DNA from: Pseudomonadales bacterium | GTDB taxonomy: Bacteria; Pseudomonadota; Gammaproteobacteria; Pseudomonadales; UBA7239 | Direction of reading: 5' to 3' | Assembly (NCBI GenBank): GCA_041395665.1 | Contig: JAWLAB010000004.1 | Span: forward strand, 106,227-170,226 | DNA: 64,000 nucleotides | Made by a program: the position numbers and the translations under genes | Shown: one piece after another, positions 9,992 through 20,618 of the stretch | Layout: each line of letters opens with the position of its first letter | How positions within the stretch are numbered: the first letter of the stretch is position 1 | The notes under the pieces: generated by a model | What the model was told of the DNA's origin: nothing | What the model saw: the letters and a program-made list of their open reading frames with translations, nothing else | Database searches by the model: none

Positions 9992-10663
9992 TTATTTGTG
10001 CAGTGCGGATGCGTAGCGATAGGAGCTGAAGCCTTCGATAGCCGTGCCGTTGATTATGGCAAAAGGAATACCGCCACCACCACCGAGTTGTTTCATGCGC
10101 AGTGCGGCCTCTTGGTTGTATCCAACATCGTACTCTTGAAAAGGGATATTTTTTTCATGGAGCCATTGTTTGGCTTTTTTACAAGCGCCACACCAAACGG
10201 CTGTGTAGATTTCTACTTTATTTGTAGGGAGGGCTGCGGTTGTTGATTGGTTGTTTATGCTGTCATTGGTGATGACGGGGTTGTTTGAAGAAGCGCCACG
10301 CCAAATATTTATTTGTTCAATGATATTTTTGAGCTGGAAAAGAACATATTGTCGCGCTGTTTCAATCAGCGCCAATGCATCGCGCTGTTGATTGGGCAGG
10401 TTTTTCAGCGTCATGTTTTCTCGTGAAAAAAATTGTGCGAGATCTGGTGCTGGCGCTTGTTTAGGGTTGCTGACTTTTCCATTGCTTGTCATGTTGATAG
10501 GAGAAATTTCAACGGTGGTGACAACGGCGGTATTGCTGCCATCTGTAGAGGTGGGTGCACGATCACCGTAATGCACCACGCCTTTGTTATCTGTCCATTT
10601 ATAGATTTCTGCATAGCTGTTGTAACAAATGAGCGTTAACAAGACAGTGAGTAAAATTTTCAT
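9992..10663 (-). CDS. secreted DUF4124-glutaredoxin fusion protein
   Basis: Signal peptide, then the DUF4124 motif IYKWTDNKGVVHYGDRAP. The C-terminal glutaredoxin fold has VEIYTAVWCGACKKAKQWL (CxxC). Confidence 0.7.
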   Translation of the reverse strand: MKILLTVLLTLICYNSYAEIYKWTDNKGVVHYGDRAPTSTDGSNTAVVTTVEISPINMTSNGKVSNPKQAPAPDLAQFFSRENMTLKNLPNQQRDALALIETARQYVLFQLKNIIEQINIWRGASSNNPVITNDSINNQSTTAALPTNKVEIYTAVWCGACKKAKQWLHEKNIPFQEYDVGYNQEAALRMKQLGGGGGIPFAIINGTAIEGFSSYRYASALHK

Positions 10664-10698
10664 CGCCGTTCTTCTCCAGCCGATATTTTTTTATAAGG

Positions 10699-11469
10699 TT
10701 ATGTGGCCGATTGTGCGTCAAAACTTTGACCGGTGATACTGCCGCTGTCTGATCCCATCAAGTAGAGATACAGCGGCATCAATCTGTCTGCAGTGGGTCG
10801 GGTGTCAGGATTCTCGCCTGGGAAGGCAGCGGCGCGCATACGCGTGCGCGTGGCTCCTGGATTGATGGCGTTCACACGCACGCGCGTGACTTCTTCCAGT
10901 TCATCAGCCAGCGTTTCCATCAGGCCTTCCACCGCAAATTTGCTGACGGCATAAGCGCCCCAAAACGCGCGACCGTGACGACCAACGGAGGAGGTCGTAA
11001 ACAGGATGCTGGCATCGGGCGCTTGTGTCAGCAGCGGCAGCAGCGCCTTAGTCAGTAGGAAGGCGGCGTGGACATTGACCTGCATGACTTGTTGCCAGCG
11101 CTCTGGGCTGTAATCGACAACAGGCATGATGGAGCCGAGCAGAGCAGCGTTGTGCAGTAGGCCGTCCAATCTGCCCAATTCTTCTTCGATAGTATCGGCG
11201 ATGGCTTGGGCGCTGTCGGGCGTGAGGTACTGTAAATCCAGCGGCAGAATCATGGGTTCTGGATGGCCGGCAGCGAGAATCTCGTCGTAGACCAGTTCCA
11301 GCTTTTCTTGTGTCTTGCCAAGCAAAATGACCGTTGCACCGTGCGCTGCAAAACTGCGTGCAGCGGCGCGACCGATGCCGTCACCAGCGCCCGTCACCAA
11401 AATAACGCGCTGCGCCAGTGAGTTGTCAGTGGGTGCGTAGCCTTCAGGCAAAGTGTGAATCGTTTTCAT
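10699..11469 (-). CDS. YciK-like short-chain dehydrogenase/reductase
   Basis: Rossmann motif VTGAGDGIGRAAA and catalytic YAVSKFA (YxxxK). The 4-nt overlap with the upstream HAD gene matches the ubiG-HAD-SDR order known from pseudomonads. Confidence 0.8.
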   Translation of the reverse strand: MKTIHTLPEGYAPTDNSLAQRVILVTGAGDGIGRAAARSFAAHGATVILLGKTQEKLELVYDEILAAGHPEPMILPLDLQYLTPDSAQAIADTIEEELGRLDGLLHNAALLGSIMPVVDYSPERWQQVMQVNVHAAFLLTKALLPLLTQAPDASILFTTSSVGRHGRAFWGAYAVSKFAVEGLMETLADELEEVTRVRVNAINPGATRTRMRAAAFPGENPDTRPTADRLMPLYLYLMGSDSGSITGQSFDAQSAT

Positions 11470-12155
11470 ACGGTCTGGGTGGCGAGTTGTTGTTGCGAGA
11501 TTTGAGTGATCAGTGCAGGAATTTCATGGGCGGAGGCAAGGCGGAAATCAGCTGCCCAGTGATCAATGTTTTCTGATGGGGCGATGTAGCCCCACTCGCA
11601 GGCGACAGTCAGCATGCCGGCGGCGCGACCGGCTTCGATGTCGCGCGCATGATCGCCGAAGTAAATAGCTTCGGTGGGCGAGCAGCCGCACTGTTGGCAA
11701 GCCAGCAACATGGGTTCTGGATCCGGCTTGCTGCGCGAAACATGATCGGGGCAGACCACGGTGCTGGGTGCGGATGGCACATCCAGTTGCTCGACCAGCG
11801 GCAGCGTAAAGCGGCTAGGCTTGTTGGTGATGACGCCCCAAGCTAGCCCCTGTTCTGCGATCCAGCGCAGGCTGGCAGGGAAGCCTGGAAACAGCGTACT
11901 GTTTTGCCCCAGCACTTCTTGGTAGATGGCGAGTAGCTGGCAGTTGAGCGCGTCGATGGCGGGGTCGCCTTCAGTGAGATCGCCTACAAGGCGCGTCATC
12001 GCGCGCGCGCCATTGGAGACTTGAGCGCGTATCGCACCCTCTGACAAAGCGGGTTTGCCCAACTGCTGGCGCAACTGATTGGCACAGAAAATGAAGTCAG
12101 GAGCGGTATCGAGCAATGTACCGTCTAAATCAAACAAAATTGCTTTTAATTTCAT
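11466..12155 (-). CDS. HAD-superfamily phosphatase (phosphoglycolate phosphatase / MupP-like)
   Basis: HAD motif I FDLDGTLLDT, motif II VITNK, motif IV GD..RDIEAG. It lies directly downstream of ubiG. Confidence 0.75.
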   Translation of the reverse strand: MKLKAILFDLDGTLLDTAPDFIFCANQLRQQLGKPALSEGAIRAQVSNGARAMTRLVGDLTEGDPAIDALNCQLLAIYQEVLGQNSTLFPGFPASLRWIAEQGLAWGVITNKPSRFTLPLVEQLDVPSAPSTVVCPDHVSRSKPDPEPMLLACQQCGCSPTEAIYFGDHARDIEAGRAAGMLTVACEWGYIAPSENIDHWAADFRLASAHEIPALITQISQQQLATQTV

Positions 12156-12159
12156 GGGG

Positions 12160-12876
12160 TTATTCCGGTTTTCTCGTGTGAACTATGTAATTCACATCGA
12201 TGTCGCTGCTGGTTATGGAATACTTTTTAATCAATGGGTTATAAGTCATTCCTGTGATATTTTCGAGGATGAGCCCAGCGTCGCGAATCCAGTTAGCGAG
12301 CTCAGCGGGGCGGATAAATTTGCCGTATTCGTGCGTGCCTTTTGGCAACATCTTCAGCAGGTATTCGGCACCGACAATGGCAAAAGCGTAGGCCTTGGGG
12401 TTGCGGTTGATGGTGGAGAAAAACAAGTGAGCGCCGGGCTTGGCCAAATCGGCACAGGCGCGGATGATAGAGGCGGGATCCGGCACATGCTCCAGCATTT
12501 CGAGGCAGGTCACGATGTCGTAGTGCGCGGGTTGCTCCGCTGCCAACTGCTCGGCAGGAATCTGGCGATATTCGATACTGACACCGCTTTCCAATGCGTG
12601 TAGGCGAGCGACAGACAGCGGCGCTTCACCCATGTCGATACCGGTGACGGTGGCTCCGCGCTGCGCCATCGCCTCTGACAAGATGCCGCCGCCGCAGCCG
12701 ATATCGACCACCACTTTGCCAGCGAGTGGCGCGCGCTCGTCGATGTAATTGCAGCGCAGTGGGTTGATGTCGTGTAGCGGTTTGAATTCACTGGTGGGGT
12801 CCCACCAACGATCAGCCAAGGCTTCAAATTTGGCGATTTCGCTGAGGTCGATATTCGTGGTGGTGGCAGTGGCCAT
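12160..12876 (-). CDS. ubiG: bifunctional 3-demethylubiquinone / 2-polyprenyl-6-hydroxyphenol O-methyltransferase
   Basis: Motifs [18 protein letters not shown], and the SAM motif [13 protein letters not shown]. The start is taken at the second Met (MATATTT). Confidence 0.9.
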   Translation of the reverse strand: MATATTTNIDLSEIAKFEALADRWWDPTSEFKPLHDINPLRCNYIDERAPLAGKVVVDIGCGGGILSEAMAQRGATVTGIDMGEAPLSVARLHALESGVSIEYRQIPAEQLAAEQPAHYDIVTCLEMLEHVPDPASIIRACADLAKPGAHLFFSTINRNPKAYAFAIVGAEYLLKMLPKGTHEYGKFIRPAELANWIRDAGLILENITGMTYNPLIKKYSITSSDIDVNYIVHTRKPE

Positions 12877-12965
12877 GCGGCAGATTCCGATCAAACAAAG
12901 CAATGGCGGCCATTATAGCGGCGTGATAGCAGAGGATTTGCAGAGTTGAGTGCTACAGCAATGTA

Positions 12966-13877
12966 CTACAGCGTCTGCTGGCGCAAATCCGCTGGCGTAG
13001 TGGCGCGAGACCACAGTTGTTTGAATTCTTCGAGCAGGGGTTTTACGCGCGCGCGATAGTCGTGATAGCCGATGCCCTGCGTCTCTTGTGGATCTGGGCG
13101 GAACAGCAATCCGTTGTCATCGGTAATTAGATAGTTGGGAAACTTTTCCGCGATGGTGGTCGGCAATTTGCGAATTTGTATGTATTCAGCAGCGCGATGA
13201 CTGAGGCGCAATAAACGATGTCCACGCTCGATTAATGGTTTGGTATCACGCACCAAAATACGCACACTGGTGTTGCGCTGTTTTTGCACCAGCGCCATCA
13301 CGGCATCGGCGAAGGCGTCGTTGTCGTACAGCCAGTCTTCTAAATCTTCACTAAAAATAATTAAACCGTAACGCGCATTTTTTACTAATTCTAAAGACAG
13401 CGCGCGAAACTCATCCGTAGTTTGTAAGCGAACCAGACCGGATCCACTCGTGATAAAACTGCGGTTAGGCGGCAAAAATAATGCGAGCAACTGATCGCTG
13501 TGACTATTTTCTGTGGAGAAACCCAAAGTCAAAAAAATGCTTGCCCAAGGATGCGCGGCGGGTACCGATAACTGCGACAAGCCACGGCGCGGTGCGTCCA
13601 TCACGGCGTTGCGTAAGAGGGCTTCGGCGATGTCTTGGGCGTGTGCTGCTTGTGTGATGGCGTAACTGATGTGTCCGTCACGATCAATGCAAAGATAGCC
13701 CACAAAGTTTTCGTTAATTTGTGCAAGAAAGTGCAGAGAGCTGATATCAAAAACTTGTTCGCTAGCTAATTCAGGGAGGAATAATGAGCGGCAAGTGAGT
13801 ATGGTTTCGTGTTCATCGGACCAGCTAGCGCGAGTGACGCTGACGGGTGTGTAATCCACGGTGTCATCGTCGCTCAT
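12966..13877 (-). CDS. hypothetical protein (possible GNAT-like N-terminal half)
   Basis: 303 aa clean ORF between ubiG and fabB. I recognise no diagnostic motif. Confidence 0.45.
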   Translation of the reverse strand: MSDDDTVDYTPVSVTRASWSDEHETILTCRSLFLPELASEQVFDISSLHFLAQINENFVGYLCIDRDGHISYAITQAAHAQDIAEALLRNAVMDAPRRGLSQLSVPAAHPWASIFLTLGFSTENSHSDQLLALFLPPNRSFITSGSGLVRLQTTDEFRALSLELVKNARYGLIIFSEDLEDWLYDNDAFADAVMALVQKQRNTSVRILVRDTKPLIERGHRLLRLSHRAAEYIQIRKLPTTIAEKFPNYLITDDNGLLFRPDPQETQGIGYHDYRARVKPLLEEFKQLWSRATTPADLRQQTL

Positions 13878-13888
13878 CGCGGCATCCC

Positions 13889-15100
13889 TCAGAGTTTTTG
13901 GAAAACCAGTGTGGCGTTAGTGCCGCCAAAACCGAAGCTGTTGGACATCACGCGCTGCAAATCCACGCCGTCAATGCGTTGACGCACGACAGGCATGTTT
14001 TCCGCTTCGGCATCGATGGTTTCGATATTGGCAGAAGCGGCAATAAAGCCGTGTTGTTGCATCAACAGTGAATAAATGGCTTCTTGCACGCCAGCCGCGC
14101 CGAGTGAGTGACCAGATAAAGATTTGGTTGAGCTAATCGGCGGAATGGCATCACCAAACGCCGCTTTCACTGCTTTCAATTCGGCGAGATCGCCAACGGG
14201 TGTGCTGGTGCCGTGCGCATTGATGTAATCAATTTTGCCGTTCACGGTAGACAGTGCTTGTTGCATGCAGCGGGTTGCGCCTTCACCAGAAGGGGCGACC
14301 ATATCGTAGCCATCACTGGTTGCGCCATAGCCCACCAATTCTGCGTAAATTTTTGCGCCGCGCGCTTTGGCGTGTTCGTATTCTTCCAACACCAAACAGC
14401 CGCCGCCGCCGGCGATAACAAAGCCATCGCGGTTGGCATCGTAAGCGCGTGAAGCTTTTTGCGGTGTGTCGTTGTATTGCGTGGACAGTGCTCCCATCGC
14501 ATCAAACAAGCAAGACAGCGACCAATGCTCTTCTTCACCGCCGCCAGCAAAAATGATGTCTTGTTTGCCGAGCTGAATCAGTTCCATCGCATTGCCGATG
14601 CAGTGCGCGCTAGTGGCGCAAGCAGAGGAGATGGAGTAGTTCACGCCTTTAATTTGGAAAGGAGTCGCCAAGCAAGCAGAAACGGTGGAGCCCATGGTTT
14701 GCGTGACGCGGTAAGGGCCGACGCGCTTGATGCCTTTCTCACGCATGATGTCAGCGGCTTCTACTTGATTGGAAGAAGACGCGCCGCCGGAACCCATAAT
14801 CAAACCAGTGCGTGGGTTGGACACTTCTTCGGGTTTTAAGCCAGCATCTTCAATCGCTTGCTGCATGGAGAGAAAGGCAAATGCGGCGGCATCACCCATA
14901 AAACGCAGAATTTTGCGATCAATCAGTTCGTTTAAGTTGAGTTGGATAGAGCCAGAGACATGGCTGCGAAAACCCATATCGCGATAGGTTTCGTTCAATC
15001 GAATGCCAGAAAGCCCTTCGCGCAGAGAGTGGGTGACATCAGCGGCGTTGCTGCCTAGGCAAGATGTGATACCCATGCCAGTGACGACGACTCGTCTCAT
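13889..15100 (-). CDS. fabB: beta-ketoacyl-ACP synthase I
   Basis: KAS fold with active-site Cys ([12 protein letters not shown]) and the His pair ([22 protein letters not shown]). Adjacency to fabA supports FabB rather than FabF. Confidence 0.9.
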   Translation of the reverse strand: MRRVVVTGMGITSCLGSNAADVTHSLREGLSGIRLNETYRDMGFRSHVSGSIQLNLNELIDRKILRFMGDAAAFAFLSMQQAIEDAGLKPEEVSNPRTGLIMGSGGASSSNQVEAADIMREKGIKRVGPYRVTQTMGSTVSACLATPFQIKGVNYSISSACATSAHCIGNAMELIQLGKQDIIFAGGGEEEHWSLSCLFDAMGALSTQYNDTPQKASRAYDANRDGFVIAGGGGCLVLEEYEHAKARGAKIYAELVGYGATSDGYDMVAPSGEGATRCMQQALSTVNGKIDYINAHGTSTPVGDLAELKAVKAAFGDAIPPISSTKSLSGHSLGAAGVQEAIYSLLMQQHGFIAASANIETIDAEAENMPVVRQRIDGVDLQRVMSNSFGFGGTNATLVFQKL

Positions 15101-15164
15101 GCGTTAAACCTCATATCTAATCGTTGCTCGCCATTATATAGGCTATCGCAAAACAGTCTTTGAT

Positions 15165-15680
15165 TTAGAAATTGTCGGTGGAAGTGAACAGACCTACTTT
15201 GAGGTCTTTGGTGTGATAAATCTCTTTACCGTCGACCGACATGATGCCATCGGCAATACCCATGATGAGTTTGCGTTCAATCACGCGGCTCAAATGAATG
15301 TGGTACGAGACTTTTTTTGCCGTCGGCAACACTTGTCCTGTGAACTTCACTTCGCCTGATCCCAAAGCGCGTCCTCGCCCTGGGTTGCCTTTCCAGCCCA
15401 AATAAAAGCCAACTAACTGCCACATGGCATCGAGTCCAAGGCAGCCGGGCATCACGGGGTCAGAAATAAAATGGCAATCAAAAAACCAGAGGTCGGGATT
15501 GATATCCAGTTCAGCGATGATTTCGCCTTTGCCGTATTTGCCGCCTGTTTCCGAAATATGTGTGACGCGATCCATCATCAACATATTGCCAACAGGAAGG
15601 CGCGCGTTGCCAGGGCCAAATAATTCGCCATTTCCGCAGGCTAGCAGTTCGTCGCGAGTGAATGAGCTTTTTCTGGTCAT
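15165..15680 (-). CDS. fabA: 3-hydroxydecanoyl-ACP dehydratase/isomerase
   Basis: FabA active-site block [24 protein letters not shown]. The start is taken at MTRKSSF. Confidence 0.92.
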   Translation of the reverse strand: MTRKSSFTRDELLACGNGELFGPGNARLPVGNMLMMDRVTHISETGGKYGKGEIIAELDINPDLWFFDCHFISDPVMPGCLGLDAMWQLVGFYLGWKGNPGRGRALGSGEVKFTGQVLPTAKKVSYHIHLSRVIERKLIMGIADGIMSVDGKEIYHTKDLKVGLFTSTDNF

Positions 15681-15904
15681 GCTGAAGTTCCCGATCCCTG
15701 TCGGCAAAAGTCCGTCAGTTTAACGGCAGATATAGCGTTGTCCAGCAAAACGCAGTGGAAAAATACTTTATGTGGCAGGAACTTGCGTGAATTTCTTGCT
15801 GTCTTGCTCGATTGTCGATACGCCATAATCCTGTATGCTTATGCCCCGCGAAATACCCACTCGTTTTATATCGTTTCCACCCACTTTTCTTTGCAGGACA
15901 TCTC

Positions 15905-16740
15905 ATGATTAACAAATGTTTGTTCCCTGTTGCCGGTTATGGCACACGCTTTTTGCCCGCTACAAAATCTATGCCAAAAGAAATGTTACCGGTGGTGAAT
16001 AAACCTCTTGTGCAATACGGCGTTGAAGAAGCTTTGGATGCGGGCTTGGATGATATTTGTTTTGTGACTGGCCGCAGTAAGCGCGCGATTGAAGATCATT
16101 TTGATCTTAACTTTGAGTTGGAACATCAAATTGCTGGTACTGGTAAGGAAAAATATTTGGAAAGTATTCAACGCGTGATGGATAGCGCATCTTTTTCTTT
16201 TACGCGCCAGCGCGAAATGAAAGGTTTAGGTCACGCGATTCTCACTGGTCGTCGCTTGGTGGGTGATCAAGCTTTTGGCGTTATTTTGTCTGACGATTTG
16301 TGTATGCCTCCAGAAGGTGGTGTGGGCGTTATGGCGCAAATGGTGAAGCTCTACAAACAATTTCGTTGCAGTATCGTGGCGATTCAAGAAGTGGCGCAGA
16401 TATCGAGAAAAGTTTGGTGTGGTCGATGGCAGAAATTAAAAGACGGTATTTACCGTGTTTCTAACATGGTGGAAAAGCTAAAACAAGCAGATGCGCCGAG
16501 CAATATGGCGATTATCGGTCGCTATATTTTGACGCCAGATATTTTGATATTTTGGAAAAAACACCGCCAGGTAAAGGTGGCGAAATTCAGTTGACGGATG
16601 CGCTGTTGCAGCAAGCGCAAGAAGGTGCGGTGCTGGCGTATCGCTTTAAAGGCACGCGTTATGACTGTGGCAGCGTTGAAGGGTTTATTGAAGCCACCAA
16701 CTATGTTTACGAAAATCTTTATCATCAGCCAAAAAATTGA
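15905..16740 (+). pseudogene. galU: UTP-glucose-1-phosphate uridylyltransferase, interrupted by at least 3 indels as sequenced
   Basis: The N-terminus is typical GalU (FPVAGYGTRFLPATKSMPKEMLPVV). The conserved EKFGVVDG is readable only in another frame at about 16404-16430. The C-terminus EKTPPGKGGEIQLTDA continues in the frame of the 16552..16740 ORF. Confidence 0.85.
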
Positions 16741-16751
16741 GATTGATTGTA

Positions 16752-18104
16752 ATGAGTGCTATCCAAATCAATTGCTTTAAAGCCTACGATGTTCGCGGCC
16801 GCGTACCTGATCAGTTAAATGAAGATATCGCGTATCGCATTGGTCGCGCTTTTGTGCAGTTTCTCGGTGCAAAAAGTGTGGTTGTTGGTCACGACATTCG
16901 CCTCTCTAGCCCTGCGTTGTCTGCGGCTTTAGTGCGCGGTTTGCCGACGAACGCAGATGTGATTGATATTGGTTTGTGTGGCACAGAAGAAGTGTATTTC
17001 GCTACTTTTCATCTCGGTGTGGATGGCGGTATTGCAGTTACTGCGAGCCACAACCCGATGGATTACAACGGCATGAAATTTGTGCGCGAAGGTTCGCGCC
17101 CGATCAGCGGCGACACGGGTTTGAAAGATATTCAAGCCTTGGCGGAAAGTGGCAATTTTGCTGCGCCACAACGCGCAGGTAGCTATCGCGAAGAAGCCAC
17201 GCGCGAAGCCTATGTGCAACATTTGTTGGGCTATGTGGATCGCGCTGCATTGAAACCTTTGAAATTGGTGATTAACGCGGGCAATGGTGGCGCAGGCTTG
17301 GTGATGGATGCGCTAGAAAAATACCTGCCGTTTCAATTGACCAAAGTGCATCATCAACCGGATGGCTCGTTTCCTAACGGCGTGCCCAATCCACTGCTGG
17401 AAGAAAATCGCGGTTCAACGATTGATGCGCTGAAAGCGTCGGGCGCGGATATGGGTATCGCGTGGGACGGTGATTTTGATCGCTGCTTTTTCTTCGATGA
17501 AAAAGGTAATTTTATCGAAGGCTATTATGTAGTTGGTTTATTGGCGGAGGCGTTCTTGGCGCGCAATAAAGGCGCAGCCATCGTCCACGACCCGCGTTTA
17601 ACTTGGAACACACTGGCGATTTGCGAACAGTTTGGCGGTCGCGCCGTGCAGAGCAAAACCGGTCACGCTTTCATCAAAGAGCGCATGCGCAAAGAAGATG
17701 CGGTGTACGGCGGCGAAATGAGCGCGCACCACTATTTCCGCGATTTTGCTTACTGTGACTCCGGCATGATCCCTTGGCTGCTGGTGGCAGGTTTAGTGTG
17801 CAGCAGCGACAAATCCTTGTCGCAATTGGTGGAAGAGCGTATGCGCGCTTATCCCGTCAGCGGTGAAATCAACCGCGAAATTGCGGACCCGAAAGCGGCT
17901 ATTGCGCGCGCGCGTGATCGCTATGTCGGTGAAGCCCTGCATGAAGACAACACCGACGGTTTGAGCTTGGAGTTTGCTGATTGGCGCTTCAATTTGCGTA
18001 TGTCCAACACCGAACCGGTAGTGCGTTTGAATGTGGAAACGCGTGGCGATCAGGCCTTGATGGAGCAGCGTCGCGACGAATTGGTGGCCTTGCTCGACGG
18101 CTGA
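16752..18104 (+). CDS. algC: phosphomannomutase/phosphoglucomutase
   Basis: Motifs FKAYDVRG, phosphoserine loop [13 protein letters not shown], Mg site [11 protein letters not shown] and [10 protein letters not shown]. Confidence 0.9.
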   Translation: MSAIQINCFKAYDVRGRVPDQLNEDIAYRIGRAFVQFLGAKSVVVGHDIRLSSPALSAALVRGLPTNADVIDIGLCGTEEVYFATFHLGVDGGIAVTASHNPMDYNGMKFVREGSRPISGDTGLKDIQALAESGNFAAPQRAGSYREEATREAYVQHLLGYVDRAALKPLKLVINAGNGGAGLVMDALEKYLPFQLTKVHHQPDGSFPNGVPNPLLEENRGSTIDALKASGADMGIAWDGDFDRCFFFDEKGNFIEGYYVVGLLAEAFLARNKGAAIVHDPRLTWNTLAICEQFGGRAVQSKTGHAFIKERMRKEDAVYGGEMSAHHYFRDFAYCDSGMIPWLLVAGLVCSSDKSLSQLVEERMRAYPVSGEINREIADPKAAIARARDRYVGEALHEDNTDGLSLEFADWRFNLRMSNTEPVVRLNVETRGDQALMEQRRDELVALLDG

Positions 18105-18251
18105 CAGTTTGCGCCGACAATTTTTGTCAGTGATGGCGACTTTTTCTGCGCAGCGGTAGGTATAAATCAGTATCTCACTGATTTAAAAAGAAAACTCAGG
18201 TTGGCACGCTTCTCGCTTATCAATAAATAAAGATGGCGAGGAGTGGTAGTC

Positions 18252-18467
18252 ATGAAACAGAGTAACGACAAGGTAGCGCAGCTTCGTGCAACGCGTGAGC
18301 AAGATGAGCTACAGCGTATCAACCGCCTGACAGGCTTGGAATTTACAGCGGTACCGGTTTCGCTGCTCGGTATGCCGGAGGAAGATAAAAGCCTCGCTGA
18401 GTCTCTACTCAACGAGGCGATCAATTTATGGAAAGAAGAACCGCAGACTGTTAGCGGGAGAGGATAA
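18252..18467 (+). CDS. small hypothetical protein (71 aa)
   Basis: GAGGAG lies upstream of the ATG at 18252. No recognisable motif. Confidence 0.35.
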   Translation: MKQSNDKVAQLRATREQDELQRINRLTGLEFTAVPVSLLGMPEEDKSLAESLLNEAINLWKEEPQTVSGRG

Positions 18468-18468
18468 A

Positions 18469-18858
18469 TTAAACGACGGCGACCAATTTAGGCATTTTTG
18501 CAGCCGTTTTGTCTGCGCTTTGCACGAACAACTCATCGACTATATACGACGGACCTTGATCCGGCACTTCTAAATACACGCCCATATCGATGATTTTTCC
18601 CACGGCGTGCACCGTGACTAATCCCGACAGCAACATACTGCCTCCCAGCTCGTTAGAGGCAGTGTCCACTTTTATTTCTTTGCTGATATTGTCTTGGTCG
18701 ATGTATTTCAGCACCAAGCTGATTTTGCAAGGGCGAGGTTGCAGCAAGCGCACCCAGCATGCTGCATTAAAGCTGCAGTCCCATTGCGTACGGGCAGACA
18801 GCGTTTGTGGATGTGGAATATAAGTTTCTGGCACCTTGGCGATGAACTTGTCTTTCAT
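18469..18858 (-). CDS. hypothetical protein (129 aa)
   Basis: Clean ORF convergent with the 71-aa ORF. No recognisable motif. Confidence 0.4.
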   Translation of the reverse strand: MKDKFIAKVPETYIPHPQTLSARTQWDCSFNAACWVRLLQPRPCKISLVLKYIDQDNISKEIKVDTASNELGGSMLLSGLVTVHAVGKIIDMGVYLEVPDQGPSYIVDELFVQSADKTAAKMPKLVAVV

Positions 18859-18958
18859 ACGGCATACTCCGACGAGTTTTCGTAGTTACACCCTACGCGC
18901 TTGGCGCAGGAATTTCAGTGTGATGGTTGGCGTTTAAACTGTGCGTTTCTTCACCAAA

Positions 18959-20590
18959 TTAACAAATTGTTTGGCGATAACGGGCAATGGTGGCTTGGGT
19001 GGAACTGTCCAGCGATACATCTTCGGTACCAGACAGCGCTGCGAAAATAGGCCCAGATAATTGTTTGCCCAATTCCACGCCCCATTGATCAAATGAATTG
19101 ATATCCCACAACACACCCTGCACATAAACCTTGTGTTCGTACAGCGCAACGAGCGCGCCCAATGTTGCCGGTGTTAATTGTTCGATGGTGATGAGGTTGC
19201 TGGGGCGATTGCCGCTAATCACTTTATGCGGCGCGAGTTCTGCAATTGCTGCATCATCTAAACCTTGTTTTTGCAATTCTGCTTCAACAACAGTGAGCGA
19301 TTTACCACACATCAGAGCTTGGCTTTGTGCTAAGCCATTCGCAAGTAAATGGCGGTGTTGTTCGCGACATTCTGTGTGATGTGGTTGCAGCGTCAGCACA
19401 AAATCCGCAGGAATAAAATGCGTGCCTTGATGCAATAGCTGGTGAAAAGAATGTTGACCGTTTGTGCCAACCGATCCCCATAAAACAGAGCCCGTTTCAT
19501 ACGGCACATCTTCGCCAGCGTGATTGACATGCTTGCCGTTACTTTCCATATCCAGTTGTTGCAGATAATCAGGAAAGAAACGCAAATAGTGATCGTAGGG
19601 CAACACCGCATGTGTGCTGGCTTGCCAAAAATGGCGATACCAAAAGCCGAGCAGCGCCATCATCACCGGCATATTGTGTGCGAGATGCGCTTGCTGAAAA
19701 TGTTCGTCCATTGCATTCGCACCAGACAACATAGCGCGAAAATTTTCCATACCGACAGCGAGAGCAATCGGCAAACCAATTGCAGACCATAGTGAGTAGC
19801 GACCGCCCACCCAATCCCACATCGGCAAAATATTGTCGGCGTTGATACCAAAATCTGCCGCTTTTTTTACAGCACTCGACACGGCAACAAAATGGCGCGC
19901 AGTCGCACTGCTGTCCGGTGCGGCAGCCAGCAGCCAGCGGCGAGCTGCTTCTGCGTTTTGTAAAGTTTCCAGCGTAGTAAATGATTTAGACGCGACGATA
20001 AATAAAGTGCGTGAAGGTGCGAGATGCTGCAATAAATCTTGCAAGCAAGAGGGATCGACATTCGAAACAAAATGTAAACGCACATGACCGGTGTGAAACG
20101 GCTTGAGTGCATGCGTTGCCATTTGCGGGCCGAGATCAGAACCACCGATGCCGATATTGACGACATCGGTGATGGTTTCATCGCTGTAGCCACGCCATTT
20201 CCCATTGTGAATGGCGTGTACCAGTGTTTCCATTTTTGCAAAGGCTTGAGCGATGGCATCCGCTTCAATCACGGGTTTGGGCGAGCGCAAAGCGGTGTGT
20301 AGTGCGGGGCGTTTTTCTGTGTTGTTGACCATGCCGCCCGACAATAATTGCGTGATGGCGTTCTGCAAATTGACTTGGCGCGTGAGTTGCATCAAAGAAT
20401 GAATCAGTGCGCCGTCGATAAAATTTTTGGAATAATCCAAACGCAAGCCAGCCGCTTCAATGGTGTGTTGCACGGTGCGATCAGGATTGTTATCGAATAA
20501 CTGTGTGAGTGATTGTGCGTACAAGCGTTGTTGATGCGCTTGCAAATCGGACCAGCATGCGAAGCGTTGTGCTAAATGCGGTGCAGTCAC
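18959..20590 (-). CDS. pgi: glucose-6-phosphate isomerase
   Basis: PGI blocks (IGIGGSDLGP, SKSFTT.ET, GGRYSLWSAIG). A GTG start at 20590 is preceded by GGAG; the longer ORF would overlap ispB. Confidence 0.9.
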   Translation of the reverse strand: MTAPHLAQRFACWSDLQAHQQRLYAQSLTQLFDNNPDRTVQHTIEAAGLRLDYSKNFIDGALIHSLMQLTRQVNLQNAITQLLSGGMVNNTEKRPALHTALRSPKPVIEADAIAQAFAKMETLVHAIHNGKWRGYSDETITDVVNIGIGGSDLGPQMATHALKPFHTGHVRLHFVSNVDPSCLQDLLQHLAPSRTLFIVASKSFTTLETLQNAEAARRWLLAAAPDSSATARHFVAVSSAVKKAADFGINADNILPMWDWVGGRYSLWSAIGLPIALAVGMENFRAMLSGANAMDEHFQQAHLAHNMPVMMALLGFWYRHFWQASTHAVLPYDHYLRFFPDYLQQLDMESNGKHVNHAGEDVPYETGSVLWGSVGTNGQHSFHQLLHQGTHFIPADFVLTLQPHHTECREQHRHLLANGLAQSQALMCGKSLTVVEAELQKQGLDDAAIAELAPHKVISGNRPSNLITIEQLTPATLGALVALYEHKVYVQGVLWDINSFDQWGVELGKQLSGPIFAALSGTEDVSLDSSTQATIARYRQTIC

Positions 20591-20618
20591 AGAAAACTCC
20601 TTTTTTGAAGTCGTTAAA

